Assembly: GCA_013239625.1 (NCBI GenBank)
Contig: MU053652.1
Span: forward strand, 1,552,001-1,616,000
Source of the DNA: Lama guanicoe
Taxonomy: Eukaryota
Direction: 5' to 3'
Length of the DNA: 64,000 bases
Numbering within the stretch: position 1 is the first letter of the stretch; the number at the start of each line of letters is the position of its first letter. The notes beneath the pieces were generated by a model. That model ran no database searches and was not told the DNA's origin. It worked only from the letters and a program-made list of their open reading frames with translations. The translations under genes and the position numbers were made by a program. Shown in pieces: positions 47,881 to 60,768 of the stretch.

Positions 47881-50800
47881 AGTGATTTAAACAGCATTTT
47901 AATACGTATGCAGTGAAATTCTCTATTCAAATGCAGTTTCATGTGTTATTCTAGTGCACAGAATGGGTGCAAGAAAGGCTGCTCTGGTGCAAGCTTTGGA
48001 GGAGCCCAGGGCCTGGCACACTTGCCCTGTGTCCTCACCCTAAGTCCTGGCCTGGGTTCCCTAGAAAGCAGAGCCGGGGGCAAAAGTTGATGTGGTAATG
48101 CTTTGTATTGAGGGGAGGACTCCCAGGGCAGCAAAACTGAAGGAAAGAAGGAGGGTAGGGAGGGAAAGGATGTACAAAGAATGATGTGTTGCCAAGCCAG
48201 CCACAGCTTCCCAAGGACACACCGCTGATGGCTCGGGTGCTGGGGATGTTCCAAGAAGAGCCTGATGGAACACAGTCTCGGAAGAGTCTGGAGGACAGGC
48301 ACGGTCAGCATCCATCCGCCTGCAGGGTCCTTCCTGCTGTAGCTCCTTGGCCACTGTTCACCCCAGGACGTGGGAACTGCCCCTGCTGTCGGGGTGGCGA
48401 TGCCAGGCCAGACTAGACCCTGTGTGGTCAGGCCCAAGGACTGGGGCTTCCATGGCTCCCCCACGTTGGCCCGAAAGTGCTAAACCTGCAAGAGCCTGGC
48501 CTTCGCCCTGAAGGAAGAAAGGAAGCAAGAACTTTAGGAGCAGAGGAGGGGCTGAGGCGTTCCTGGGGCCACTTGGGCAGGGATTTGAAACCCAGAATTG
48601 GGACTAGGGGTGGGGTGTTAGGTAGGGCTGAGAGGATCTAAGAAGTTACATAAATTGGGGATTTGGGATAATGGGTTCCATGAATGGAACATATGGTGCT
48701 ACTGAACAAAGTCAGCAAACCACAGCGGGCTGCTCCACTAAGGCATCATTCAGCCCCCAAAAGTCATGAGTGGCTGAAATCGCCAACCACACTAGGGATT
48801 ATCCAGCCGAAACCCCAGAGGAACCACATGAAGGTTGCATTCCAGCCAGGCTTCAGGAGGCTTTCCTGACTTCCAGGGCTTATTGATCAAAGGACTGCCT
48901 TCCCCATGGTGGTGTGTGAATGTCTCAGATATTTCTGTTTGTGGAGGCAGAGGGGCTGCTGGGAAGCTGGGGACATGCAAATGACCGCTGCCTCTATTCC
49001 ACTTTTAAAAAACATTTAAGTAAGCATTGAAATACAAAGCAACAGGGGACATTTCTGCATAAATTATTTCCTCTAAGTCATTGCCTCTAGCCAGCACCCC
49101 CCACCCCTTTTTTTTCCCTAACAACTACTCTTGTGCTTTGCAGCAGCTCCTCTAGGGTCAGCCGGGGCAAAGGACTGATGGCCACGCTGTGTTTCTGAGC
49201 CCTTTCCCCGCTCCCTTCACCATTAGATACTGACCCCTGTCTTCCTCCCCTCAATGCACTTGCCCTTATCCGCTGATTGATGCCAGCATCTCACAGGCTT
49301 GGAGACATATGTCTGTGTTAGCACGTCTGCCCGAGGTTTCCAGCTCCCAGGGGTCAGGAACGGCCCCCTGCTTGAAGCAGTCTCTTCTGTAATCAGGAAC
49401 TTAATTCATACTTTCTAATGGTGGCAAAGAAGCTGCTGTTGGATGCAGTGATGATGACAATAACAGGGAATGACTTGTTTCCTTCTTTAGACTAGAGAGA
49501 CCATGTCTTCCCTCTCTTGTAAACTCGGCACCCAGCCTAGGGCCTAACTTACTGGAAGCAATCGATCAAACTTTGCTGAGTAAAGAGAATGAATGAGTGG
49601 AGGAGGAGGAGTGGAGATTAACGGCCTATAAAGGGCAAAATGAGGGAAGTGCGAACCTGCAGCTCCGGCGGGTGCCTGCTCTCTGGCTAGGGCTGGGCTG
49701 GGCTGGGACCACGTCGAGGCTGGTGGCTATTTCAGAGGATTGAGATGAACCAAGCCGAGTGCAGGCTGAACCCACCCATCACCGTGGAGTCTCCAGGGTG
49801 ATGGTGGTCTGGGGGCAGGTAGAGACTGTGTCTTCATAGTGATGCACAGGAAATGAATTCTTCCTTTTCATGTAAAACTCTCTATGGGTTTAGATGCCCA
49901 TAGACTGGGAGGGACGACCAAACTGCATTTCCCAGAGCATTCCAAGGACTAGGCCCTCCCTAGAAAGAGCATGTGTGGCCAAGTTAGTCTTGCAAACACT
50001 TGATACTGTGTCCTCCTCTTGGAGATGCACATTAAAGGCAAAGGAGTTTGGCTATAGAGAATCCTGGTTAATTATTCTTCACCAACCATTTTTTCAGTGG
50101 AAGGATCCCTTTGTATATTCAAGCCTGTTGACATCTCTTGGAACGAATGTTCCCCCAAAAGCATTTTGGGAGATGCTTGCCTTTACCTGGAAGCTTTCAG
50201 GTTTGAGTTGAGTTTGGAGGAGAAAGAACAGGAGAACAAATTTACTGTGTTCTTAAAATAGGGACTGGTGAGGTCCAGCTTCCAGAGGAACTGTCTTCCT
50301 CTTGTCTTGGTCATTTGCTTTTGGGAATCTCAGAAATGGCTGTGAATTGCTATGAATGTTGGCGACCATGGTGCCTTCAGACGTATATTTTCTAAAGGGA
50401 CTGTTTCAAGGAGTGTGATTGCAGTTCTGACAGGTCTGCAGAAATGTTTCCAACAAGTAGCACTTTTCAGTTGCACGTAATAGATCAAGATGGATGTCTG
50501 CAAAACTATATAAGTAATGACATTCACCTTCTCAATATATATATTTTTTCAGCTACACTTATTGAATAAGAGGCTTCAAAATAACTGGCAAGGAAAAATA
50601 TTCTGAATTAACAAAGAATGCTTGAGTTAGGGAGATACAGCTCCCTAAATTTTGGATGGTTGACCCAAATTTTCTCTCAGGGAAGAAACTTTGCTACCCT
50701 AGAGAGGCTGCAGATTTCTCGTTATGCTGTAAATCCATGGTTTCCACCTTTGGGCGGTGACCCACAGAGCAAAAGTAGGCATTTCCCATGGGAAGCATTT

Positions 50801-51789
50801 CGCCAGTATTCATCTTACATAGGTAATAGCATGTGTGTGTGTATTTGTGAATCAGAGTTGGGGAGGATTATCACCCCAGTGGTACTTGGGTTTGGATCAG
50901 CGGGGGACATCAAGGGATAACCCGCATGCCCAGTGCTCAGTTATAGGACCTCTCCATGCTTTCCCCCAAACCGTCTTCCTTTCCAAAGTGAATAACTGTT
51001 GCTAACATGCGCTTACTAACACAATTCCCCTGACGCCCATTCATAAAGCGTGGAGCTGATGATTCCAGCAGCATTAAACTGTTTGGCGACCGAGTTTAGA
51101 ATTATAGGAATCGGAGAAATGAATTAGCAGTAAATCAAGTCCCAGCTGAGTTCGAACCCAACTGCAGTGAGTTTTAAATTAAAACTATCTGGCTCTGATG
51201 AAGCGGCTGTAAGTCAAGCACTGGAGCTCCGTCACTCTGGACTTCGGAGAAGTGTAGCAGGCACCCTCTGAAAGGAAAACCCTGAAAACAGCTCGCATTG
51301 ATTCCCAGCCATGCTGGGAGATTGCCACTTCATTTCTTCTTCATAAACTGTTGGCTTTCGTTTTTTATTTCTTTAAAGGGATCCTTTGGGCAGGGAGGGA
51401 CATAGCAGAGCTCTGGGAACAGGGCAGGTGGGAGAGGGCTCGGGCCCGGGGGGATCATTCATAGCCTTTCTCTTTGGTCCTTCTCGGAACGAGGCTTGTG
51501 GGAGGGGAATCTGGGTCTGCGGGGCAGTGTGGTTTGTTTTCCTGATTGGGCCGTATTTGATTCTTCTTTCTGGGGGATCTGTACAGAAAAACCACCCAGT
51601 GAACACTTGAAGGAGGCCGCCAGACTGTCAAGTTGCAGTGACAATTGCGGTGTAATAGGAAATCATTTATGTAAGTTACGGTGCCCTCTGAAGAGAGCTG
51701 GTCGGAAATGTGGCTACAGCTTCTTGAGGCTTTTTTTTTTTTCTCTCCTGCAAAATAATCCTGAGGTTTTCATTTTCGGAGCAATTGAA

Positions 51790-51910
51790 GAAGTATTATG
51801 TGCTGGCCAGGGAATTGGGAGACCTGGCTTCCAATCCTAGTTTTGCTGAATCTCTTTCAGCAAGTTCCCTCTCTGGGCTGGGCCTCTGTTTCTCTGTATT
51901 TAAAGCCAGA
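51790..51910 (+). mobile_element. MIR SINE fragment
   Basis: GGGAGACCTGGCTTCCAATCCTAG...GCAAGTTCCCTCTCTGGGC...GTTTCTCTGT. Confidence 0.5.
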
Positions 51911-52384
51911 ATAAGCCCTTGTTTTTCCAGACCTGAAGCCTGGGAGGTGAGGATGAACATGGCCATGCATATTAAAGGACCAAGTGAGCATCAGAAGTAA
52001 GCTTCTATTTACACGCGAGGTTAGAGAAAATCAAGTAAGAGATTCTTACTTTTATCATGACTCCTTTACCAGCGCCTGTGTGTCCGCTGATCTGAAGAGC
52101 TTTAAGTGACAAAAGCACCTTGCGAAGAGTCAGAAAGGAGAATGAAGGTGGGACAGCAGGGGACCATGGGAGAGGATGGTTAGTGCAGGAGTCCAGAGGC
52201 CTCAGCAAGAGGGGAAGTTGGGATCCTGGCAGCAGTGGGTTAATGGGGACTTGGGAAAAAGGAAAAAGGTCCTGATTTCCCTCAATATCTACCATTCACT
52301 TTGCTCCCTGCATATATATTTACATATTTAATTAGGTAGATGTGAGACTAAGGAATATTTGACCAACAAATTGATTGATCCGTC

Positions 52385-53230
52385 AATTAGTCATTTCAGT
52401 CGATATTAATTGAGTGCCCCCTACGTGCCAGGCACATTGCAAGAGTTTGGTTGTACAGGGAGGAAAGGCGCAGTTCCCTCCATCAGAGGACCCACGGCTT
52501 GGTGTGGCCACAGCACACAGGTTAAGAGCTAATTAAACACAGGGTGTAAGACATGAGCTTTGCATGCAGACGGCCTCCTGAGAAGACGTAAGAAGGGGCA
52601 CCCGTCCAGATATGACAGGCAGGTGGTGGCGAAGGTCGTCTGCAGGAGGCGGAGAGGGCATCTGTCAGAGCTCTGAAGGGTATTCTGAAGGGTGAGCAGG
52701 ATTGTCCTCGGGAATGCCTGGGGAAGGATGCCCTGTGGAGGAAGCAGCGTGGACAGATGTGGAGAGATGAGAGCCCACAGTGAGGTGGGAAGTGGGGCCA
52801 GATGCAAACACTGGTGGAGGCTGGGCCAGGACCAGGGGGAAGTGTCCAGATAAGGGTTTTACCCGGCAGGCAGTGGTGAGGCCCTGGGGATTTCCAAGCA
52901 AGAGAATCAACAAGACCAGCTTCGCGTCGTGGAAGGATTGCTATGGGGCCGTGTAAAGAGAGCATCGAAAGGGGGGCTGTTACGGTCATCTGGGAGACGT
53001 GGGAGAGGGCTGCCCGAGGGCGGTGGCAAAGGAGAGAAAGGGACAGACTGACATGTACGTAGGAGGGAGGTGGACAGATGGTGGATATGGCGGTGGAGGT
53101 GGTGGGAGGGACAGGTGGGGGAGTTGGGGACGTCTTGCAGGTGTCCAGCTTGGGCTGCTGGTGGGAGGTGACAGCGGCCGCTGAGCTGAGATTCCTGGAC
53201 AGAGACTCACTTGAGGGGCGGAGGATGTGT
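52385..53230 (-). mobile_element. L2 LINE fragment
   Basis: ATTGAGTGCCCCCTACGTGCCAGGCAC at the 3' end, followed by purine-rich degenerate L2-like sequence. The right boundary is uncertain. Confidence 0.55.
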
Positions 53231-56200
53231 TCTTTTCCAGACGACGTGAATTGAGGGGCAGTGGCATTGGCGGGTAGAGGTGACCAGGAGGCAGTGTGGC
53301 TGTGGTGTCGCTGGCGGCATCACCCCTGGGCTTACTCTGCTGTTTCCTTCTGCTCCCATCTGTAGACTGAGGAGTTCATTTCAGGATCTGGCAGAAGCTT
53401 GGTAAAGAAGCAGGAAAACCCACATATAGATTTTTACATTTTTCAAGTGGTTCATGTTGTGAATTAAACATACTATCTTGTACATTTTGCTTGAGATTGT
53501 TCTGAAAACATCCAGGCATTCACCTTGCCTTAGGAGACCCCTTCTGTTTTCCAGTGGAAAGAGCATGGTCCTGGGAAGTTGAGTTGTGTGCAGACGATTA
53601 TGGGGCAAGCTCGGAGTAAAAGCAGAATTAGAATTCAGCAAAGGACAATGACCAGACTTTGTGGTGGGCTTGTTCCCTTTCTTGGTATGTTCACCCCATG
53701 GTCAATGTGGACATGCTCAAAACAGCATGGTCTGGTGGAATGAACTTCATCCTGAGCTGAGAAGTGGTGATGAACATTTTGACCTTGCCCTCGAGAAACC
53801 TAATGTCTTGTTTATCTAATTTTGGGTCCTGGGCGTAAGTGCCAGTCTGTACAATCCAGATCTTCAGGTAGGATCTGGCCACTAGTGGGGTTTTGTGTGG
53901 CCCAAAGACCGTTCAAGAAAAATCTGTGTGATTTGCATGGTGGGACCTGATGGGACATTAGGTGGGACATCCCTCTCCAGGGATCCACAGGTAGTCACAT
54001 GTTTGCTTCACACAATTAACATACCAGCAGCTTAGTACCTAGTAGATACTCAGCAGAGTTCCTTTCCCATCTTGGCAATATGTGGGGGGAAATGAGTCTC
54101 AGTGTCCAGTGCTTTGCACTCTGCAGGGATGCTTTGTCATTTAGTGGTCCCTGTTAAGCACCAGAGATGTGGAAGTGGCTGGTGGCAAAACTTTTAGGTG
54201 GTCTGTGTTTATACTATGGAAACTTTAGAAAACAGGTTTGAGCAGAATGTGGAGAGAAAAGTACCCAACTTGTTCAAGTACATGCAGACTCTTCCAACCC
54301 CCAACTCCAGTGTGCTGCTGTGGAAGGTCGCTGGTCTCGCCTGGGGCCAGAGGTCCGCAGACAGGTCGAGGTGTCCGACTAGCACAGGCACGGTTAGGCA
54401 CCAGCCCTCTAGAATGAGGGATTCTGGGAGTTTAGCCCCAAAGAATGTCTTCAGATACAAACTTGCAGTGCAGTTTCTAGTGAAACAATGAGGCTACTCT
54501 CTTCTCTGGATGGCTCCTGGGTATCTCGGAGCTGCTAATCAAAATGGCTTGGACAGAGGTCTCTCTTGTGGAGAGAGAACAGGGGGCAGGGTAGGTATTT
54601 CTGAGCTCTAACCTTCTAAGAGCCCCACGGAGATGGCAGTGTTTCTGTTCTTCCTGCCCCCTGTGTTTGCATGTCATCCTTGTCCGTATTATCAGCTGCA
54701 CTCAGGACATGATATATTTATGTAGCTGCACTGCTGGTCTCAGGGAACTTAGCAGTTTTTCCCACTGTATCTGGTGGCAACTTGTTTCCCTAGTAGGAGG
54801 CAGAGGGTAGGGCCCAGGGTCCTAAGAAGGGAAGTAATTTAACCACAGTGATGTGTGGTTAAGACGCCCAGGGCTGTGCTGCTGGCCTCCCCTGCTCCTG
54901 ACTCTGATCTGGGGAGCGGGGGACTCCGGGATTGGTGAGTCAAGTCCTCTCAAAGGCAGCCTCAGAGTCTGGGACAAAGGCAGGGCATCCCCACTGCGCC
55001 TGCTTTCCTGCTGCACTGCCCCTTATGTTTCATTGGAGAGACTTCCCCCCTACCTGCGCTTAACAGATGTCCTCAAAGGGGCTCTGGTTCTGTGCTCAGG
55101 TGGGAAGATCCAGGAAAGATGCAGGTACTCCAGGTGCCGACCACGTGTACAGTGCCGAGCTGGCCAGAGAGTCTGGGCTGTTGACGGGCCCAAGGTGGGT
55201 GGTGGGGGCAGTGGGAGAGACCCAGCTCTGCTAACCCCAGGCCTGATTTCACAAGGAGGTCCCTGCTGCTCATTGTGCCCTCCTCATTCCTTCTAGGACT
55301 TGACACTAGCAAGACCCAATACTTCTTGGCAAGTACTTAAAAATAAACAAATTAAATGTTTTTTAAAACCTGTGTTTATATGTGTGGCTGCCACTATTGG
55401 ATGAAATGGTAATTTCTTGGCGTCTACAATTTGGGATGTAAATAGGAGTTCTCATGCTTTCATTTGAAGACACCGGTGTTTGGAGTGTTCCAGAGAGTGA
55501 GAGTGAAAAGCTTGAGGAATATCATGTGGCCAAAGAGAGAAAAGTAATTCCTAAAAATGTCAAGCAGCATTTCCTCAGCTCATATTGTTTCTTGAAAGGC
55601 AGCAACTGTCTTATACCCGTTTGCAGTTCCGCCTGGCCCCAATAATAGTGGTTTGGTTTTCTTCTTGGTTTCCTGAGCTTAAAAAATGGGATGCTAAAAT
55701 GGCCAGACAGCAGAGGGCATTGCACATAACGGGACAAGTGGGAATCCACAGGAAGTGGGAAGTAGCTTCACAGGAAAGTCAGCACGCAGTGGTGGCTATG
55801 TGCTGGTGTTGTCTTCTGTTTTATTGTCCTCGCCCAGTAATTGTGAACGGAGCATCTGCTGAGCTGGAGTCTTGACCACACCCTTACTGTATTTCCTGGA
55901 AGGACGTAGGAACTGCTGTTACTTCCTTTCCGAAATGAAAACTCCATTCATAGGCTGCCTTCCTACGGCCCTTGGCCAGAAGGTTCAGAGGCTTCACAAA
56001 GGAGAAAAAAATAAAGGATAATATCAAAGTGAAATTCAAGGAAATAAATAAATACATTTTTATTTAGGGGCACAAATGGTTGCCACGTGGTAGTTAATTA
56101 CCTGCTTTTGTGTTCTCTTTGCCCCCCCCCCAATTCCTTCCATTTTCATTAAGAAAATCTTAAATTCCAGGCTTTTATCAACTCTCCTTCCACTCTTTTC

Positions 56201-56924
56201 TCTGAGCCACACACCTGGGCTGGGCTGACAATTGGGCATCTTTGCCAGGGATGTGAACAACTCCACTTTAGTGGCACACGGTGGGTTCTTTCTCTTCTCA
56301 TTACCTTTCCACATTACTGCTCCTGTGTGGTTAGGCTGGCTCCACGTCTGCCTTTGGGACTGATGTGTGGGGAAGGTCAGAGTCTATAGGAGGTGGGGTG
56401 CCAGATCCCAGTGTTAGAATTCACCCGTGTCAGGGTTGTTGGGCACAGGCTCCCTGAAGCTGTAGGGGCAGCCCCGTCCCACCGCTGGTCCATAACTGGT
56501 GGGTCTCTAAGCTCCTCCCACACTCCTTTGGTGTATATTTTATGTTAACTTCTGCCATCTGGTACTTTACCCATCATGTATTTTTTAAACCTAAATTTTG
56601 AATTTATGTTTATCACATTCAGTTTCATTTTGGAGTCTAGTTTAGACCTGCTAAAATAGTTTTGAATTATGTATCATCATCACCAATAGGAAAAACCTTA
56701 TAGTAATACCACACGACTTCTCCCGTAGTATCTCACTTGACCTTCACAAGTCCTGGACTTCGTCATCTGCAAATCTGAAAAGTCTCTTCATTCAAATTAC
56801 CGATAAAAATGTGAAGCTGCGGAGCACCCAGGACAGACCCCTTTGGCATGGTGTTTCCTGGAGAGCTTCCCTTGTAGGCTTGACAAGTAACCATTGATTA
56901 AGCTTATTTGTGCTCAAGAAGCAA

Positions 56925-57050
56925 TAGGGCTTCAGGCACTCAGCAAAGACTTTGGAGTCAGACAGACCTGGCTTTGCAACCTGGTTTATACCAACTTGGC
57001 TGTTCCCAACAAACAGATGATTTGGGGCGTCAGTTTCCAATGATTATAAA
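56925..57050 (+). mobile_element. MIR SINE fragment
   Basis: GACTTTGGAGTCAGACAGACCTGGCTTTGCAACCTGG. Confidence 0.65.
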
Positions 57051-57375
57051 TAGATGAGAGCTGTAAGCCTCCTCCTCGACAGTGTTCCAAACAAAGCACA
57101 TATCAGACTGGATTCCACCTCACACACCAGTCTTGGTTAGTAAGCAGACACGGAAGCAGTCACACTCCTGTTCCTGAAGCTCAGAGAAGACCCTGTCTTC
57201 GGTGCCATCTAGGGTGCCGGGGAAGCGAGTCCCCTCCTATCCCTGCTAGGGGACACGTGGGGCTGACGGCAGGCAGAGCCCCTGGCCAGCCCTCTCTAGC
57301 TCCAGTGTGGTACAAATATTATCACTTTCTGTGTGTCAGAAAGCGGGGAAGCTTGGGGAGCAGTGACGCAGTGAC

Positions 57376-57733
57376 TGTCTTGGCCAGGTTAGGCTGCTAT
57401 CGTAGAAGAGGGCAGACAGGGAGGTGTGAACAGCAAACGTTACTCACAATTCTGGAGACTGAAGCCCCAAGATCAAGGCGCCAGCATGATTTAGTTCCTG
57501 GTGAAGACTGTCTTTGTGGTTTACTGGCGACTGTCTTCCTCTTGTAGGAGAAAAAGAGAGAGAGAGAGAGACTTGTTCTCCTCTTGCAAGGACACTGACC
57601 CTATGCAAAAGGGCTCCACCCTCATGACCCGAATTACCTTGCAAAGGTACTTGCACCTTCTAATACCATCATATTGAGGTTTAGGATTTCAACATAGGAG
57701 TTTTGGGAGGACACAAACATTTAGTCCCTAACA
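57376..57733 (-). mobile_element. MaLR solo LTR, MLT1A-like
   Basis: TG...CA; CTCACAATTCTGGAGACTG...CCAAGATCAAGGCGCCAGCA...GGGCTCCACCCTCATGACC...TTAGGATTTCAACAT...GGACACAAACATTTAGTCCCTAACA. Confidence 0.85.
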
Positions 57734-58133
57734 TGAGCCTGAGAGGTTTGTTCGAAGGAAGGTCTACTTGTGGCAGATGCAACAATATTCTGGTTATGGG
57801 TTTCAGTTCATCTCCTAGTGGGATCAGAGGACAGAATATTTTGAAAGATGAAACATAGATCTGATAGAAGCCCTAGCAAAGAACGGAGACACAAATGCTC
57901 TGGGCCTGCCGGGTTCTTCTGACCACCTGGCAGAGGCACCTGGACACAATTTCTAACCAATTGTGTACCTTCGACACCACTTAATTTCCCACGGAAAAAT
58001 TATTTGTAACATCTCTTACGCTTCTTAACAAATCCAGTAGTGCTAATCAAGATAATGTAGTTGAAAGACTCAAGGTAGACTCCGAGGTGAGTCTTTCAAA
58101 AGCCAACTTGGCAGCACTGGACTGTGCATTTTT

Positions 58134-58249
58134 TTAAAAACATTTTTTATTGAGTTACAGTCAGTTTACAATGTTGTGTCAAATCCCAGCGTAGAGCACA
58201 ATTTTTCAGTTATACATGAACATACATATATTCATTGTCACTTTTTCTT
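58134..58249 (-). mobile_element. Young, heavily 5'-truncated L1 (116 bp)
   Basis: Closely similar to the L1 terminus at ~29555-29660; 16-bp TSD TGGACTGTGCATTTTT (58118-58133 / 58250-58265). Confidence 0.92.
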
Positions 58250-58374
58250 TGGACTGTGCATTTTTGATGTCAGTACTGCAGATGCTGAGTAACCATCCCT
58301 GAGTGGCGATTAAAACCGACTTCCACGCGTTATACCACACTGTTTACACTGAGGTGTTTTAAAGTAAGTTACAG

Positions 58375-58540
58375 ACATCATCAGACCCTGGCTCCTTAAC
58401 TGTGTGATGTTGGGCATGTTACCTTTCCTTTCTGATGTTCAAGTTTCTTATCATTAAAAAGGTAAAATAATACTGACATGCCAGGATTACGGGGCCAAAT
58501 AAGTGATATACTGCTTGGCACGTATTAAATACTCGTAATA
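58375..58540 (+). mobile_element. MIR SINE
   Basis: AACTGTGTGATGTTGGGCATGTTACCT...AGTTTCTTATCATTAAAAAGGTAAAATAATAC. Confidence 0.7.
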
Positions 58541-59965
58541 CTGCTGGAAATTATCACCTGCTCTTCAGATACCCACAACTTGTTAGTTAAGTGTCTTGCC
58601 GGTCTGCGTTGGGTTAAGCACTTTAATTTTCTTGGTTGACAAATAGTGACATCTGTTTCTAACACTGGGCTTCAGCGTGCCTACCGCCTTGGGGTTCTAC
58701 ACGCACGTGGGAAGAGAAGAGGGGCAGGAGGCTGGTCCCTTGGATCAGTCCTGACTCTCCTTTGAAATATGACCTCTTGAAAAAAGATTTAGAAGCATCT
58801 ATAGGGATTCCTTCATTTGCCTGGAGTTTAGATTGAACGGCATGTTTATATATTCAATCTGTGCTCAGTTCAGCCATCCATTTTGCCAGTGCACACCTGT
58901 AAACATCCATTGTTTTGATATGACCTTCTGTAATGTTTTAGATAATGTGTTTTTCTTGCCAGGCGGTGGCGATGGTTGCTGGGGTTTTTTTAGGTTGCCC
59001 ACTCAGGCTCTGAGCTTTGGTTTAAGGGAGAGTGAGTAAGTGACTCTTGGCTTTAACTCAAGGCAGTGACTAACCATTAGTGGGTAATTATTGCCTGGAG
59101 CCTACCTGGTAATTACGGTAAGCACTGCAGGATGAGGCATCTGCTAATGTTTGCCTGCAACCCAGTCGTAAAGCTGACATGGTCCATCGGAGGCCAGAGT
59201 GGTGGGTCTGGTGTCCATGGCACTGACATACCTGGGTATACTCACCTGCATCTAACAGGGGATGTTTATGAAAATAGCTCATCTCAGCTGTCTTCAGGTC
59301 CAGACCCTGATTTCCTGGTAAGATAGCCATAAACTGGATAGTAAGGGACTCCAGGATTTTCCCATGTGGTTTTCACTGCATGTGTCTGATCTTCCAATCA
59401 GAAGCCATTACCCTGTGGCAGCCTGGTTGTCAGAGCACGCTCAGTTCCTCCAGGCCCCTCAGCTCTGAAAATAGTAAAAATCTCTGCAGGATGACATACT
59501 ATTAAGCTTGAAACATTGCATTATTCCCTGCAACACTCTGGCTGACGGAGGAAGGAACCGCTGGTTAACTGTGGAGAAAGGTGATTCGCCGCTGTGGAGA
59601 GGGGACAAAAGCTTGGGGAGTCTGGGAACTTTCAGCATGTTGGTGGCTTTTGAAGATGATGGGGCCTCTGTGAACAGAGAGTTCGAGCCCGCTCTGAATG
59701 AGATGGTCCTTCCACGACAAGCACACCATGCAGAGACCTGTCACTTCTCCCCTGTCCCCTGAAGGAAAGGAGGCACCTCACCGGCGCACGGGCACCCCAG
59801 AATCCTTGTCATAGCCATCCTCCGCACTTCAGCCTATCAATAGTGACCACGGGTTCTGGATTTACTAGAACAGCTTTCATTTCAGGTGTTCTGTGTCCTT
59901 GCCAGAGCATATGTCCTGATATATTTAGTTTGAAAATAGTCACTGTATAAATATAGGTATATGGT

Positions 59966-59968
59966 GTA

Positions 59969-60000
<32 letters not shown>

Positions 60001-60052
60001 CACACAGATATAGATATAGTGTGTATACATACACACACACACACATACATAT
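59966..60052. repeat. Compound (TG)n(TA)n...(CA)n microsatellite
   Basis: Directly visible. Confidence 0.9.
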
Positions 60053-60217
60053 GTCTGCCTATTTATCTATCTACCTATATCTCCAAAGGATATCCTTAGA
60101 CAAAACTGGGAAGCAGTTGCCTTTTCTCCTAAACACTGCATTCCAAGTGAAGCGACTTCCTTTCTCCCTCTCCTTTTCTTTCTTTAAACAGGGCCTCGGG
60201 GCTCTAGTTTGTGTACC

Positions 60218-60768
60218 TGTTGCAGGAAAGTGGGACACAAGAGGTTGGTCACATCCCAGGTCTCGGGTGAGTCCCTGGGATGTGCCCAAGTGAGAGTCTT
60301 TGATTTTGCGTAGGAAAGAATTCAAGAATGAGCCATAGCAGAGTGAAGGTGGACTTACTGAGAGACATACATGCTCCATAGACAGAGTGCATTCTGTCTC
60401 CGAAAGGAGAGTGGCCCAAGGTGTGGGGGTGGTCAGTTTTTATGGGCTGGGTAATTTCATAGGCTAACAAGTGGAAAGATTTTTCCAACTGCTTTGGGGA
60501 AGGGGCAGGGATTTCCAGGAATTGGGCCCCTGCCCACTTTTCGGACTTTTATGATCAGCCTGGGAGCTGTCATGGCACCTGTGGGTGTGTCATTTAGCAT
60601 GCTAATGTATTCCAGCGAGTTATAATGAGGCTCAAGGTCCACTGGAAAGCGAATCTTCCACCATCATGGGCCTCGTTGGTTCTAGCCAGTTTATGCCCTG
60701 TCCTGTTTTTCTTAATGGCTGTGTCAGTCTTTTAGTGATCGTGCCCTGCCCCTTTCCCTCCTGTTTCA
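60218..60768 (-). mobile_element. ERV1 (MER4-group, MER41-like) solo LTR
   Basis: TG...CA, 551 bp, 4-bp TSD TACC (60214-60217 / 60769-60772); AGGAAAGAATTCAAGAATGAGCC and CTGTCATGGCACCTGTGGGTGTGTCATTTAGCATGCTAATG resemble MER41-type LTRs. Confidence 0.85.

Noticed and set aside
59210..59226. REST/NRSF (RE1)-like sequence GGTGTCCATGGCACTGA
   Set aside because: Matches 14/17 of the core, but mismatches fall in the critical GTGCTG half. GCGCTGTCCG at 38938-38947 is only a half site.
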